Shown: positions 44,029 to 55,758, counted from the first letter of the stretch. The stretch is DNA of 64,000 nucleotides from Escherichia coli (GCF_029227855.1 NZ_CP074356.1), one strand, 5' to 3'. Numbers and translations are program-made. The notes: generated by a model from the sequence alone, not told the origin.

Positions 44029-45330
44029 TTACATTAGCCCTAGTAGCTGTGGAATGAACAAGGATATTTGCGGGATGTAAGTGATCATCATCAACGCGAT
44101 TAACAATGCGGCATAAAATGGCAGCAATGGTTTGATCAAATGTTGAATCTTCACACCTGAAATAGAACAACCAACAAATAGCGCACTACCCACCGGCGGT
44201 GTTAACAGCCCAATACAAAGGTTGGCCACCATCATAATACCGAAATGTACCGGATCCATTCCCAGCTCTTGTGCAATCGGCAAGAAGATTGGTGTGAAGA
44301 TTAGTACAGCCGGTGTCATGTCCATAAAGATGCCGACAATTAATAAGACGATATTAATCAGCAGCAATATGATCAGTGGGTTATCAGAAATCCCCATCAA
44401 CGCGTCGCTGATCATATAAGGAATATCAGCATTGGTCATTGACCAGGACATGCCCACGGAAAAACCGATCAACAGTAATACAATCGAAGTGGTAACAACC
44501 GATTCCAGAATCAGTTTGGGTAAATCGCGCCATTTTACTTCCCGGTAAATCAGCACCGAGAGAATAAATGTGTAGACAACGGCAATCGCAGACGCTTCAG
44601 TTGCGGTAAAAATGCCGCCCAGAATGCCGCCCATTACAATGAACACCAGAAGCAAACTTGGTAAGGCATCCAGAAACGCTTTACAGGCCTGAGCAAAGGT
44701 TGCTCTTTCTGAAAGTGGGTAGCCACGGCGTTTAGCAATAATGCCGCAGACTATCATTACCGCAAGACCCATTAAGATCCCTGGCAAATATCCCGCCATA
44801 AATAGCGATGCTACAGAAACGCCGCCAGCTGTCAGGGAAAACACAATTAACACGTTTGAGGGCGGTATCAGTAATCCAGTAATACAGGATGAGACGTTTA
44901 CAGCGGTAGAAAATGCCGGATCATAACCTTGTTTGGTCTGAATGGGATTCAGTGTGCCACCAACGGCAGCAGCTGCCGCAACGGCTGAACCAGAAATGGA
45001 ACCAAACATCATATTCGCCAGGACGTTCACATGACCAAGTGAACTAGGAACCCGACCAACCATTACCTGGGCGAGGTTAATCAAACGTATCGCAATACCG
45101 CCGCTGTTCATCAGCGTTCCGGCAAAGATGAAAAAGGGGATTGCCAATAGGGCAAAGTTATCCAGTCCATTAGCCAGTCGCTGCGAAACAGTGATTGCCG
45201 CGATATCCCAGGGAAACATCAACAGCATTGAAGCTACAGTGGCAATACCGATTGAGAACGAAATGGGCACACCAATAAAGACCAGCACAAAAAAACAGCC
45301 AAATAGTGTAAGCGCAATATAACTATCCAT
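44029..45330 (-). CDS. TRAP transporter large permease (DctM family)
   Basis: 433 aa, about 12 hydrophobic segments; stop/start overlap with the small permease gene. Confidence 0.8.
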   Translation of the reverse strand: MDSYIALTLFGCFFVLVFIGVPISFSIGIATVASMLLMFPWDIAAITVSQRLANGLDNFALLAIPFFIFAGTLMNSGGIAIRLINLAQVMVGRVPSSLGHVNVLANMMFGSISGSAVAAAAAVGGTLNPIQTKQGYDPAFSTAVNVSSCITGLLIPPSNVLIVFSLTAGGVSVASLFMAGYLPGILMGLAVMIVCGIIAKRRGYPLSERATFAQACKAFLDALPSLLLVFIVMGGILGGIFTATEASAIAVVYTFILSVLIYREVKWRDLPKLILESVVTTSIVLLLIGFSVGMSWSMTNADIPYMISDALMGISDNPLIILLLINIVLLIVGIFMDMTPAVLIFTPIFLPIAQELGMDPVHFGIMMVANLCIGLLTPPVGSALFVGCSISGVKIQHLIKPLLPFYAALLIALMMITYIPQISLFIPQLLGLM

Positions 45331-45842
45331 TAACTGGCCTCCTGCGCAGGTTGTTTCAGTTGTTGAATGCTTTGATTAATAAAACACAAGGCATAAAACA
45401 TCATCACCACTCCACTTAATGGCAGAATGATATATACGTATCCCATCGGTATTTGCATCGCGGCAGATACTTGTGATGTTGCCAGCGTTTTATCAATTAA
45501 TTTCAGGCCACCAGTCACAATGACCGAACCGGCAAAACCTAAAATGAGAATGTTAATGACTATACTAAGAAGTAATTGCTTGCGCTTATTCAGGGCGAGA
45601 GCAAATAAATCGATAGAGAGATGTCTCTGCGCGCCGACGGTATATGCAGCACCTAATAATCCTACCCAGATCATCAAAAAGCGTGCCAGCTCATCGGTTA
45701 ATGTACTTGGCTGGTTAAGTACGTAGCGGCTAAATACTTGCCAGACTACGCATACAACCAGAGCAAGCATTACGGCGACAGAAAACGCGGCAATGACGCG
45801 GTCTACCGCAAGTTTCAGGCGGTTAAATATCATTGTAAGCAT
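45330..45842 (-). CDS. TRAP transporter small permease (DctQ family)
   Basis: 170 aa with four hydrophobic segments, immediately upstream of the large permease. Confidence 0.75.
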   Translation of the reverse strand: MLTMIFNRLKLAVDRVIAAFSVAVMLALVVCVVWQVFSRYVLNQPSTLTDELARFLMIWVGLLGAAYTVGAQRHLSIDLFALALNKRKQLLLSIVINILILGFAGSVIVTGGLKLIDKTLATSQVSAAMQIPMGYVYIILPLSGVVMMFYALCFINQSIQQLKQPAQEAS

Positions 45843-45877
45843 CCTGGAAAATCAGGGCCAGAGACTGGCCCGAAATA

Positions 45878-46864
45878 TTATTGAGCAGCGTTGTCGAATT
45901 TCTCTAACAAAGCAGCTTGTTTTGGATCTTTTTTGAAGTCGTCAAACAGAGGTTGAACTGCGGCACGGAATGGGGCTTTATCAACCTTAACGATTTCACC
46001 ACCCATAGCTTTCGCTTGAGCACGTGTGTCAGCGTCAATTTTTTCCCACAATTTTTGTTGATAAGCTTCGGATTTCTTCGCCGCTGTTTCGAGGATTTGT
46101 TGCTGTTCTGGGGTTAATTTATTCCATGTTTTGGTGGAGATAACCAAAAAGTCAGGAATTGAGGCATGTTCATCTTCAGAAAAGACTTTGGCAATTTCGA
46201 TATGTCGAGTCTGCACCCAGGAAGGCACGTTATTTTCTGCGCCATCTACTACACCTTGCTGCATCGCAGTATAAACTTCGCCAAATGAAATTGGAGTGGG
46301 TGAGCCACCCATCAGTTCAATCATTTTGATGGTGGTCGGGCTTGGCTGAACACGAATTTTCAGCCCTTTAAGATCTTCTGGCTTAGTAATCGGTTTTTTC
46401 GCATAGAAACTGCGTGTACCCGCTACATAAGCTGATAAAGCAAAAAAGCCTTTATCTTTTGTTGAATCCATAATTTCTTTACCAACTTCACCAAAAACCA
46501 CTTTGTTGAAGTGCGCCTGATCTTTAAATAAGAACGGCAAATTATAGATAGCATAAATATTATCAAAAGACTCCAGATCACTGGCGGAACCTTTGGTCAT
46601 ATCCAGTGCACCATTTTGCAACAACTCCATAGTTTCTCGCGCATTACCCATCTGGCTGCTGGGGTAAATACGGATCACCATATTACCTTTTGACAGCTGT
46701 TTTACTTCTTTCGCCAGCTTTTCAAAACTCTGATGTACAACATGACTTCTTTCCAGGTTGTGTGCTAACTTTAACGTCACTTTTTCTGCGGCGTTTACGC
46801 CAGTGCTAACCAGAGCCAGCAAGGATGCGCAGACTAATGAGCGGGTAAATGACCTCATTTTCAT
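45878..46864 (-). CDS. TRAP transporter periplasmic solute-binding protein (DctP family)
   Basis: 328 aa with signal peptide (ALVSTGVNAAEK) and DctP-like architecture; first gene of a three-gene operon. Confidence 0.8.
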   Translation of the reverse strand: MKMRSFTRSLVCASLLALVSTGVNAAEKVTLKLAHNLERSHVVHQSFEKLAKEVKQLSKGNMVIRIYPSSQMGNARETMELLQNGALDMTKGSASDLESFDNIYAIYNLPFLFKDQAHFNKVVFGEVGKEIMDSTKDKGFFALSAYVAGTRSFYAKKPITKPEDLKGLKIRVQPSPTTIKMIELMGGSPTPISFGEVYTAMQQGVVDGAENNVPSWVQTRHIEIAKVFSEDEHASIPDFLVISTKTWNKLTPEQQQILETAAKKSEAYQQKLWEKIDADTRAQAKAMGGEIVKVDKAPFRAAVQPLFDDFKKDPKQAALLEKFDNAAQ

Positions 46865-47074
46865 AAAAAAACTCCCTGTTGAAGAATGGAAATTGGTTGA
46901 TATCTAATTGTGCTTATCAGTGCTTTGTGCGACAAATTGGTTAACCTGTCTGACAACTTGTCTATGTTTATCACAACTTGAAATAAAGTCAGAAATTAAA
47001 TATTAATTTTGTGCGCCAGGTTGTACATGTTTATAATCAATAAATGATGAGTAAATATTCAGTAAATATATATA

Positions 47075-47095
47075 ATAAATATCGTCGATATTTAT
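47075..47095. promoter_or_regulatory. perfect 10 bp inverted repeat (candidate operator) upstream of the TRAP operon
   Basis: ataaatatcg t cgatatttat, flanked by direct repeats attcagtaa, in the AT-rich region about 210 bp upstream of the binding-protein gene. Confidence 0.3.
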
Positions 47096-47150
47096 TCAGT
47101 AAGAAATATATTTTTGCCGAAGTTAATTAACGGGGGGGTTAAAAGAAGTG

Positions 47151-47176
47151 ATTAATGCGCCCGCAGGCGCATTAAT
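47151..47176 (-). terminator. hairpin immediately downstream of hemW (probable terminator)
   Basis: Perfect 11 bp stem attaatgcgcc / ggcgcattaat with 4 nt loop, 3 nt after the hemW stop. Confidence 0.5.
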
Positions 47177-47178
47177 GA

Positions 47179-48315
47179 TTACTCAGCGAGGAATAATTCA
47201 AGAAGTGAGTTTAAGAATAATTTACCATGCTTGGTTATCTGCCAGTAATCCGCACATTCTGTGAGATAACCTTGAGCGATAGCCTCGTCTAACTGAGAGC
47301 GAATAACTTCTTCAGAAAGGCCAGTATATTGGCTAAACTCCACGCGCGGCGCGGCCTCAAGCAGACGGAAGCGATTCATAAAGAACTCAAACGGTTTATC
47401 TGCAGCTTCGACATCACGCTGGCTTTCCAGATATCTTCCCTGCATAAAACCACGCGGATGACGCGTTTTGGTGGTACGCAGAATGCGACCATCCGGGAAG
47501 GTGACTTTGCCGTGCGCGCCGCAGCCAATACCAATGTAGTCGCCAAATCGCCAGTAGTTGAGATTGTGCTGGCACTGATAACCTGGTTTGGCGTAAGCGG
47601 ATGTTTCATACTGCTGATAGCCCGCTGCGGTTAATAACTGATGCCCCTGTTCGAATATATCCCACAACGCATCGTCGTCCGGCAGCACCGGCGGGCGAGA
47701 GCCAAACAGCGTATTAGGTTCGATGGTCAGTTGATACCAGGAAAGATGCGGCGGATTCAGTTCAATAGCCTGGCGCAGATCGCCTAGCGCCTCTTCCAGT
47801 GATTGATCCGGCAGCCCATGCATCAAATCAAGGTTAAAGCTACGTAACCCTAAACCGCTCGCCAGCTTTGCCGCTCGTTTCGCTTCTTGCGGGCCATGAA
47901 TGCGCCCAAGTCGTTTCAGCTTTTCTTCGCTAAAACTCTGCACACCAATAGAGATGCGGTTCACACCAGCACGCTGATAATCGACAAAGCGATCGGCTTC
48001 AACCGTACCAGGGTTCGCTTCCATAGTAATTTCTGCATCCGCTGCCAGCGGCAAACGCGCACGCACGCCGTCCAGCAGCGTTTGCATCGCCGGGCCGGAA
48101 AGCAGGCTCGGCGTACCACCGCCAATAAAGATTGTCTGCACTTCACGGCCCTGAGCGTAAGCCACGTCGTTGTCCAGATCGTTAAGCAGATGCTGAACAT
48201 AATCGTCGTGCGGCACTTCTCCTTTCAACGCGTGAGAGTTGAAATCGCAGTACGGGCATTTCTGCACGCACCACGGGATGTGAATGTAGAGACTCAGCGG
48301 CGGTAATTTAACCAT
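47179..48315 (-). CDS. hemW: radical SAM heme chaperone HemW (YggW)
   Basis: CxxxCxxC motif (CVQKCPYC) and HemN-like C-terminal domain. Confidence 0.9.
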   Translation of the reverse strand: MVKLPPLSLYIHIPWCVQKCPYCDFNSHALKGEVPHDDYVQHLLNDLDNDVAYAQGREVQTIFIGGGTPSLLSGPAMQTLLDGVRARLPLAADAEITMEANPGTVEADRFVDYQRAGVNRISIGVQSFSEEKLKRLGRIHGPQEAKRAAKLASGLGLRSFNLDLMHGLPDQSLEEALGDLRQAIELNPPHLSWYQLTIEPNTLFGSRPPVLPDDDALWDIFEQGHQLLTAAGYQQYETSAYAKPGYQCQHNLNYWRFGDYIGIGCGAHGKVTFPDGRILRTTKTRHPRGFMQGRYLESQRDVEAADKPFEFFMNRFRLLEAAPRVEFSQYTGLSEEVIRSQLDEAIAQGYLTECADYWQITKHGKLFLNSLLELFLAE

Positions 48316-48901
48316 TACGTAAAGCGTCCAGCAGCAGTTTCAACGCCTGACCACGGTGGGAAATGGCGCTTTTTTCTTCGCGGGTCAGTTCGGCAGCGGT
48401 TTTCCCTTCGGAAGGAACGAAGAAAATTGGATCATAACCAAAGCCACCAGTGCCCGCTGGTTCACGAGTAATCACGCCCGGCCAGCTACCGTGGCACACC
48501 AGCGGAGTGGGATCTTCCGCGTGACGCAGATATACCAGCACGCAGTGGAAACGCGCCTGACGTTGGTCGTCCGGTACGTCTTTCATTGTTTCCAGCAGTT
48601 TTTGCAGATTCTTTTGATCGGTCGCGTCTTCACCGGAATAACGCGCGGAGTAAATCCCCGGTGCACCGCCAAGTACATCTACCGCCAGACCGGAGTCGTC
48701 GGCAATTGCCGGTAAACCGGTCACTTTTGCCGCATGGCGCGCTTTCAGAATCGCGTTTTCGATAAAGGTCAGGCCAGTTTCTTCAGCGGAATCTACACCG
48801 AGGTCTGTTTGGGCCACGATATCAAGACCGAAGTCGCTAAGCAGCGACGCCAGCTCACGCACTTTACCGGCATTGCCGGTTGCGAGGACAACTTTTTGCA
48901 T
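48308..48901 (-). CDS. rdgB: dITP/XTP pyrophosphatase RdgB
   Basis: 197 aa Ham1-family protein ([16 protein letters not shown]). Confidence 0.9.
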   Translation of the reverse strand: MQKVVLATGNAGKVRELASLLSDFGLDIVAQTDLGVDSAEETGLTFIENAILKARHAAKVTGLPAIADDSGLAVDVLGGAPGIYSARYSGEDATDQKNLQKLLETMKDVPDDQRQARFHCVLVYLRHAEDPTPLVCHGSWPGVITREPAGTGGFGYDPIFFVPSEGKTAAELTREEKSAISHRGQALKLLLDALRNG

Positions 48902-48908
48902 AGGATAC

Positions 48909-49199
48909 CTAATTAATTAACGCCGCGATTTCTGGCGGGATTTGTTGCGGATTAATGATTTTAATTTGTTTGTGGCGGCCAAGTTCGCCTTTTTCAATCA
49001 CCACCTGGCTTTTGGCAACCCGGAATTGCTTACCGAGAAACTTCACCAGATGGCTGTTGGCCTGGCCGTCAACCGGCGGCGCGGTAATGGCGACTTTTAC
49101 CTCGTCGCCATGTAAACCGACAATAGAATCACGGCTGGCTTTCGGCTGAATATAGAGCCGTAAAACCAGACCGCCATCATTCACTGTTACGGCACTCAT
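48909..49199 (-). CDS. yggU: DUF167 protein YggU
   Basis: About 96 aa from [16 protein letters not shown]; conserved yggS-yggT-yggU block. Confidence 0.85.
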   Translation of the reverse strand: MSAVTVNDGGLVLRLYIQPKASRDSIVGLHGDEVKVAITAPPVDGQANSHLVKFLGKQFRVAKSQVVIEKGELGRHKQIKIINPQQIPPEIAALIN

Positions 49200-49762
49200 A
49201 ACGCCATCCACAGCCCCGGCAGCAGCATATTTCCGGTCGCCTGCAAGACTTCTGCGACACCCATATTGATGACATACAGCAGCAGAACGAGGATCATCGG
49301 CGAGAAATCAATCCCACCCATTGCCGGTAGCAGGCGGCGAATCGGGCGCAGCAGCGGATCGGCCAGCTGAATCAGCACGTATTCAATCGGGCTACGCCCC
49401 TGGCTTACCCAGCTCATAATCGCCATCACCAGCAGGACCCAGAAAATCAGCAGGCCGATGGTTTTCAGCAGAATCAGTAAACCGGCAATCCAGATGATTG
49501 GCAGGAAGGTCACCACTTTAAACAGCACGATGGCTTTGATGAAACTGAGAATGTACGCAACCAGCAGTGAGGCGCTATCAATGGGACCCATAGCCGGAAT
49601 AACGCGGCGCAGTGGCCCGATAATTGGCTGCGTTACCTTCACTACAAACTGTGAGAAGGGGTTGTAAAAATCACAATGAGCCCACTGCATCCAGATGCGT
49701 AATAACAGCACCATGGTATACAGCTCAATGACCGTTGAAAGCAGGAAAGTCAACGTATTCAT
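49196..49762 (-). CDS. yggT: YggT-family inner-membrane protein
   Basis: 188 aa, duplicated YGGT hydrophobic repeats. Confidence 0.85.
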
Positions 49763-49779
49763 GGCGTTCCTTTAATTCC

Positions 49780-50484
49780 TTATTTTTTAGAGTAATCACG
49801 CGCACCAAAAATTGCAGTGCCGATACGAACCATCGTGCTACCTGCCGCAATGGCGGCTTCCATATCGTCCGACATTCCCAGAGAGAGCGTGTCGATATGC
49901 GGGTAGCGCGTTTTCAGTCCGGCAAATGCTACAGCCATTTGGCGTGCAACTTCAAACTGCCTTACATATTCTGACTCAGGCGCAGGGATTGCCATCAGCC
50001 CGCGCAGACGTAAACGCGGTAGTTCAGCGACCGCAGCTGCCAGCTCGTCCAGCTCAGCCAGTTGAATCCCGGACTTACTGTTTTCGTCACTAATATTAAT
50101 TTGAATCAGTACGTTAAGAGGGGGAAGTTCTGCCGGGCGCTGATCGTTGAGGCGGGTAGCAATGCGCAAACGGTCGATGGTATGACACCAGTCGAAATGC
50201 TCTGCCACCAGGCGGCTTTTATTAGACTGCAACGGGCCAATAAAATGCCATTCTAATCCTGTTACGCCCAGTTCCTGAAAGTGGCGAATTTTATCTACCC
50301 CTTCCTGAACGTAGTTTTCACCAAATTGACGCTGCCCGGCATCAATGGCTTCTGCGATGGCGCTCGCAGGTTTTGTTTTACTGACTGCAAGCAGCGTAAT
50401 TTCTTCTGGAGAACGGCCGCAACGCGTTGCAGCCGCTGAGATTTTGTCCCGGACCTGTGCCAGGTTATGCGCAATATCGTTCAT
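49780..50484 (-). CDS. yggS: PLP homeostasis protein YggS
   Basis: 234 aa with TIM-barrel PLP-binding signature (LLAVSKTKP). Confidence 0.9.
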   Translation of the reverse strand: MNDIAHNLAQVRDKISAAATRCGRSPEEITLLAVSKTKPASAIAEAIDAGQRQFGENYVQEGVDKIRHFQELGVTGLEWHFIGPLQSNKSRLVAEHFDWCHTIDRLRIATRLNDQRPAELPPLNVLIQINISDENSKSGIQLAELDELAAAVAELPRLRLRGLMAIPAPESEYVRQFEVARQMAVAFAGLKTRYPHIDTLSLGMSDDMEAAIAAGSTMVRIGTAIFGARDYSKK

Positions 50485-50501
50485 TTTCCGAGGATCTTAG
50501 T

Positions 50502-51482
50502 ATGAATATGGAAGAAATTGTGGCCCTTAGTGTAAAGCATAACGTCTCGGATCTACACCTGTGCAGCGCCTGGCCCGCACGATGGCGTATTCGCGGGCGA
50601 ATGGAAGCTGCGCCGTTTGATGCGCCGGACGTCGAAGAGCTACTGCGGGAGTGGCTGGATGACGATCAGCGGACAATATTGCTGGAGAATGGTCAGCTGG
50701 ATTTTGCTGTGTCGCTGGCGGAAAACCAGCGATTGCGCGGCAGTGCGTTCGCGCAACGGCAAGGTATTTCTCTGGCATTACGGTTGTTACCTTCGCACTG
50801 TCCACAGCTCGAACAGCTTGGTGCGCCACCGGTATTGCCGGAATTACTCAAGAGCGAGAATGGCCTGATTCTGGTGACGGGGGCGACGGGGAGCGGCAAA
50901 TCTACCACGCTGGCGGCGATGGTTGGCTATCTCAATCAACATGCCGATGCGCATATTCTGACGCTGGAAGATCCTGTTGAATATCTCTATGCCAGCCAGC
51001 GATGTTTGATCCAGCAGCGGGAAATTGGTTTGCACTGTATGACGTTCGCATCGGGATTGCGTGCCGCATTGCGGGAAGATCCCGATGTGATATTGCTCGG
51101 AGAGCTGCGTGACAGCGAGACAATCCGTCTGGCACTGACGGCGGCAGAAACCGGGCATTTGGTGCTGGCAACATTACATACGCGTGGTGCGGCGCAGGCA
51201 GTTGAGCGGCTGGTGGATTCATTTCCGGCGCAGGAAAAAGATCCCGTACGTAATCAACTGGCGGGGAGTTTACGGGCAGTGTTGTCACAAAAGCTGGAAG
51301 TGGATAAACAGGAAGGACGCGTGGCGCTGTTTGAATTACTGATTAACACTCCCGCGGTGGGGAATTTGATTCGCGAAGGGAAAACCCACCAGTTACCGCA
51401 TGTTATTCAAACCGGGCAGCAGGTGGGGATGTTAACGTTTCAGCAGAGTTATCAGCAGCGGGTGGGGGAAGGGCGTTTGTGA
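50502..51482 (+). CDS. yggR: PilT-like type IV pilus retraction ATPase homologue YggR
   Basis: Start at MNMEEIVAL within the 50427 ORF; Walker A GATGSGKST. Confidence 0.85.
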   Translation: MNMEEIVALSVKHNVSDLHLCSAWPARWRIRGRMEAAPFDAPDVEELLREWLDDDQRTILLENGQLDFAVSLAENQRLRGSAFAQRQGISLALRLLPSHCPQLEQLGAPPVLPELLKSENGLILVTGATGSGKSTTLAAMVGYLNQHADAHILTLEDPVEYLYASQRCLIQQREIGLHCMTFASGLRAALREDPDVILLGELRDSETIRLALTAAETGHLVLATLHTRGAAQAVERLVDSFPAQEKDPVRNQLAGSLRAVLSQKLEVDKQEGRVALFELLINTPAVGNLIREGKTHQLPHVIQTGQQVGMLTFQQSYQQRVGEGRL

Positions 51483-51502
51483 GGCTAAAGTGATTGATTA
51501 TT

Positions 51503-51575
51503 TTAGTAAATATGCCTGATGCGCTACGCTTATCAGGCCTACAAACGTAGTCATTCACGCCGCATCCGGCAATAA
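51503..51575. repeat. REP/BIME element between yggR and ruvX
   Basis: gcctgatgcgctacgcttatcaggcctac and cacgccgcatccggcaa motifs. Confidence 0.55.
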
Positions 51576-51596
51576 GGAGCGATGACGTAAATCGCC

Positions 51597-52013
51597 TTAA
51601 TATCCCTGCTCGAAATAACTTTCGAGAATGATAACCGCAGAGGCAGAGTCAACTTTGCCTTTGTTGAGCGCCCGATAGCCGCCCTGTTCAAACAGACCGG
51701 AACGGGCTTCCACAGTGCTAAGACGCTCGTCATGGAGCTTTACTTCAACACCGAAACGACCATGAATACGGTTGGCAAATTTACGCGCTCTGGCGGTTAA
51801 CGGCTGTTCGGTGCCGTCCATATTCAGCGGCAAACCGACGATGATTTCGTCCGGCTGCCACTCTTTCAGTAAACGCTCGATAATGTTCCAGTCCGGCGTA
51901 CCGTCCTGCGCTTTAATTGCAGGCAAAGGACGAGCGGTGCCGGTAATGCGTTGGCCGACCGCTACGCCAATGCTTTTGGTGCCGAAGTCGAAGGCGAGTA
52001 AGGTTCCACTCAT
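51597..52013 (-). CDS. ruvX: Holliday-junction resolvase-like / pre-16S rRNA nuclease RuvX (YqgF)
   Basis: 138 aa from [20 protein letters not shown]. Confidence 0.9.
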
Positions 52014-52576
52014 CAGGCGTGTCCTGCCACACCAGGCATGGTGAGAATATCCACACCAATCAGTTTTGCCGCCTCGCGCCAGCGGTCGGCAATCGGTGTT
52101 TTGAACAGAATATTCAGATCCGCCGGGGCCGTTAGCCACGCGTTGTCGAGAATCTCTTGTTCAAGTTGGCCTTTCTCCCAGGAGGCATAACCCAGAGCCA
52201 CCAATACGTCAGACGGTTGTTTATCGGTGCCGAGCGTTTCCAGCACATCGCGGGAAGTGGTCATCACCGTGTTGTCTGAAATGCGAATGCTGGAAGCAAA
52301 ATTGGAGGGCGGAGTATGCAAAATAAACCCGCGATCTTCAGCCAGCGGACCGCCGAGCATAACCGGTTTATCCAGACGGATTGATTCATCACGCGGCTCC
52401 GGCGTGATCTTCAGCTTTTCCAGAATCCCTTCAATTTTGAGATTTTCCAGCGGCTTGTTGACGATGATCCCCATTGCACCATTGGTATTATGTTCGCAAA
52501 TGTAGACCACGGAACGACGGAAAATCGGATCCTGGAGAGCAGGCATGGCAATAAGAAAGTGATGCTGTAAATTCAT
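52013..52576 (-). CDS. yqgE: UPF0301 protein YqgE
   Basis: 187 aa from [12 protein letters not shown]; overlaps ruvX start. Confidence 0.85.
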
Positions 52577-52684
52577 TGTCAGAGGTTCTGTTTCCTGGTT
52601 CAAAAAAGCAACAGCGCCCAGTATGCGTGGAAAGAAGGGCGCTGTCACTCAGAGTCTCAACGAGATCCTTCTCGCTAAGGTGGG

Positions 52685-53635
52685 TTACTGCTGCTGTAAA
52701 CGTGCTTCGATGGCATCCATTAACATTCCGGTGATCGACACCGGAAACTCTGCTTCAATCTCACGAATACAGGTTGGGCTGGTGACGTTAATTTCAGTCA
52801 GACGGTCGCCGATGATATCCAGACCAACAAAAATCAGCCCTTTTTCTTTCAGCGTCGGCCCGATCTGACGGGCGATTTTCCAGTCACTTTCCGTCAGCGG
52901 ACGAGGTTCACCGCGACCACCGGCAGCCAGATTGCCACGGGTTTCGCCCCCCTGCGGAATACGCGCCAGGCAATATGGCACCGGCTCGCCATCCACTACC
53001 AGCACGCGTTTGTCGCCATCTTTAATGGCTGGCAGGTAATTTTGCGCCATGCAGTAGCGAGTGCCATGCTCAGTCAGGGTTTCGGCAATCACGCCGAGGT
53101 TTGGATCGCCTTCTTTCACGCGGAAAATCGACGCGCCGCCCATACCGTCCAGTGGCTTAAGAATGATGTCGCTGTGTTTCTCCCAGAACGCTTTTAGCTG
53201 CGCTTTATTGCGCGTAACCAGCGTTTCTGGCGTTAAGTCAGAGAACCAGGCAGTAAACAATTTCTCGTTACAGTCGCGCAGGCTCTGCGGCTTGTTAACG
53301 ATCAGCGTCCCTTTCTCTTCGGCACGTTCCAGAATATAGGTCGCGTAGATAAACTCGGTATCAAACGGCGGGTCTTTACGCATCAGGATCACATCGAGAT
53401 CGGCCAGCGGCAGATCCTGTTCACCGACGAACGAAAACCACTCTTCGTAGTTCTGCTTCACGTTCAGCGTGCGGGTATGGGCGCGGGCTTCGCCATTGAT
53501 CAGATACAGATCGCCCATCTCCATATAGTGAAGTTCGTAACCACGACGCTGTGCTTCCAGCAACATAGCGAAACTGGAATCTTTCTTGATGTTGATGCTT
53601 GCGATGGGGTCCATCACGATGCCGAGCTTGATCAT
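52685..53635 (-). CDS. gshB: glutathione synthetase
   Basis: 316 aa ATP-grasp enzyme (MIKLGIVMDPIASINIKKDSSFAML). Confidence 0.9.
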   Translation of the reverse strand: MIKLGIVMDPIASINIKKDSSFAMLLEAQRRGYELHYMEMGDLYLINGEARAHTRTLNVKQNYEEWFSFVGEQDLPLADLDVILMRKDPPFDTEFIYATYILERAEEKGTLIVNKPQSLRDCNEKLFTAWFSDLTPETLVTRNKAQLKAFWEKHSDIILKPLDGMGGASIFRVKEGDPNLGVIAETLTEHGTRYCMAQNYLPAIKDGDKRVLVVDGEPVPYCLARIPQGGETRGNLAAGGRGEPRPLTESDWKIARQIGPTLKEKGLIFVGLDIIGDRLTEINVTSPTCIREIEAEFPVSITGMLMDAIEARLQQQ

Positions 53636-53647
53636 TATTCTTCTCCG

Positions 53648-54379
53648 TTAGCCCAAATCGCCAAATCGTACTTGTAGCGCGGTAATGGCGGTGAGCGCAG
53701 TTGTCTCTGTACGCAAAACGCGAGGTCCCAACAGGATATCAGTAAATTGATAGCGGGCAGTCATGGCAATTTCATCTGCCGATAAACCGCCTTCCGGGCC
53801 AATCAGCAGGCGGACGCGTTCAACCGGTAACGGCAACGTATTGATGCTGTTACTGGCGCGCGGGTGAAGATTCAGTTTCAGTCCTTCATCCTGCTCTGCA
53901 CACCAGGCTTCCAGATCCATCGCTGGACGGATTTCCGGCACCCGGTTACGACCACACTGCTCACAGGCAGCAATTGCAATCTTCTGCCACTGCTGGAGCT
54001 TCTTGTTCAGACGTTCACTATCCAGTTTAACGCCGCAGCGCTCAGAAAAAAGTGGCGTAATGAGGCTTACACCGAGTTCGATCGATTTCTGGATAGTAAA
54101 TTCCATTTTTTCACCACGCGACATCACCTGACCAAGGTGAATATGCAGCGGAGATTCGCGATCGTCGATCTGGCCTTCCAACACCTTCACTTCCACGCTT
54201 TTTTTGCTGGCGCTGGTAATTTCGGCGTCAAAGACCTGGTTGCTGCCGTCAAACAATTGCAACGCCTGCCCCGGCCCCATGCGCAGTACGCGCCCGATAT
54301 GGTTGGCAGCATCTTCGCAAAGCGCGATGTGAGAATGGCTGGTCAGTGGTTCAGGATGATAAATGCGGGGGATACGCAT
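53648..54379 (-). CDS. rsmE: 16S rRNA (uracil1498-N3)-methyltransferase RsmE
   Basis: Start at MRIPRIYHP within the 54406 ORF. Confidence 0.9.
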
Positions 54380-54458
54380 AGTTAAAAATCCGCGTCGTCT
54401 CCCCACGCGGTTGTACGCGTGGGGTAGGGGTTAACAAAAAGAATCCCGCTAGTGTAGG

Positions 54459-55169
54459 TTAGCTCTTTCGCGCCTGGCAAGCGCGTTGCACATACGGGTT
54501 ATGATTGCCCTGCACCTTCGCGATGCGTTCATCGCGCTCGCACTCCCAGTCGGTAACCGGATACATCTTGTTCCATGCGTTGAACAGCTGCGTTTGCTGG
54601 CGAGAGAGTGTCAGGTTGTATTGGTCGCGCATATAGAAGTAGGTGCGCGCAATGGCACCGCGTGCACGCGCTGGTGGTTCGGCAGCTTTTTCTTTGAAAT
54701 CGACCTTCATGGCGCATTGACCGTACTGGCCTTCGCCGCCATTCCACTGGCTGTACATAAAGTTGCCGCGATCGCCATTCACCTCGCCGACTGACGGTTG
54801 CAGGTTATGCATATCGCTTTCCATCTTGCGATAGACCGGATCTTTAGCACAGTTTTTACGTCCACCGTCCTGCCAGCACTGGCGCTGGTGACCGAATTGC
54901 CAGGCGGGAACGACGTGTTCCCACTCTACGCGGCTGGCGCGGTTTTCATTTTTGCGCACCTGATAGCTGCACGATTGCAGATCGACAACGCCTTTTTTGC
55001 CCTGCCAGTTAATTTTACATCCGCAATAAAACGTACCGGGCGCGTCAGCGTGGACTTTTACCGCCGCGGCTTTCGCCTGAGAAAAACTATTGATACCTTC
55101 GGCCAACGCCGGGCCGGAAAATGCTGCGCTCAGTACCACCGCAGCAATAGACAAATAACGGTACATCAC
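54459..55169 (-). CDS. endA: periplasmic endonuclease I
   Basis: 235 aa with signal peptide and conserved cysteines. Confidence 0.9.
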   Translation of the reverse strand: MMYRYLSIAAVVLSAAFSGPALAEGINSFSQAKAAAVKVHADAPGTFYCGCKINWQGKKGVVDLQSCSYQVRKNENRASRVEWEHVVPAWQFGHQRQCWQDGGRKNCAKDPVYRKMESDMHNLQPSVGEVNGDRGNFMYSQWNGGEGQYGQCAMKVDFKEKAAEPPARARGAIARTYFYMRDQYNLTLSRQQTQLFNAWNKMYPVTDWECERDERIAKVQGNHNPYVQRACQARKS

Positions 55170-55260
55170 TTACTCCGTGTTAAAACGAGCCAGCAACGTA
55201 GCGAAAGTTGTTTTGGTATGCAATCAGCCAGATCAGGAAAGTTCCTGATAGTTCAGATGG

Positions 55261-55758
55261 TTATTTTGCGACCAGTTGTTCGCCGCAGTGAACACAGCGA
55301 TAGACGGCTTCGCCACGAACTACGCGATTATGGCGGCGTACGGTAAGCTGATGCTCCTGGCACTTGCAGCGGTAGGGGAAGGTGTTGCGACGCACGGATT
55401 GCAGTTCAAATTGATGCGTACGACGGGCGGGAACGCCCAGCACGCTTTCCATCATCCACTTCCACTCTTTGCCATGTGGCGCTACGCGGCCGAAATGTTT
55501 CCATACCAGCAAATGTGCCAGTTCGTGCGGCACCACTTCTTCAATAAAGGCTTCACTGTTTTCCAACAGCAAAACGGGATTGAGGCGAATTTCATAGCTT
55601 TCCAGCCAGGCTGTTCCGGCGGAGGTTCCGCGCTGGGTATAAGAGAGTTTTGGCTCCGGGTAGTTACGCCCTAGCTTCAGGTTGGCCTGGGCGAGTTTTT
55701 CCCGCAGGCGACGCATAACGGCCTGTTGGATGGCGATAGGGAGACGGGATGTTTTCAT
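55261..55758 (-). CDS. sprT: SprT-family zinc metalloprotein
   Basis: HELAH zinc-binding motif and C-terminal CxxC...CxxC zinc ribbon. Confidence 0.9.
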   Translation of the reverse strand: MKTSRLPIAIQQAVMRRLREKLAQANLKLGRNYPEPKLSYTQRGTSAGTAWLESYEIRLNPVLLLENSEAFIEEVVPHELAHLLVWKHFGRVAPHGKEWKWMMESVLGVPARRTHQFELQSVRRNTFPYRCKCQEHQLTVRRHNRVVRGEAVYRCVHCGEQLVAK

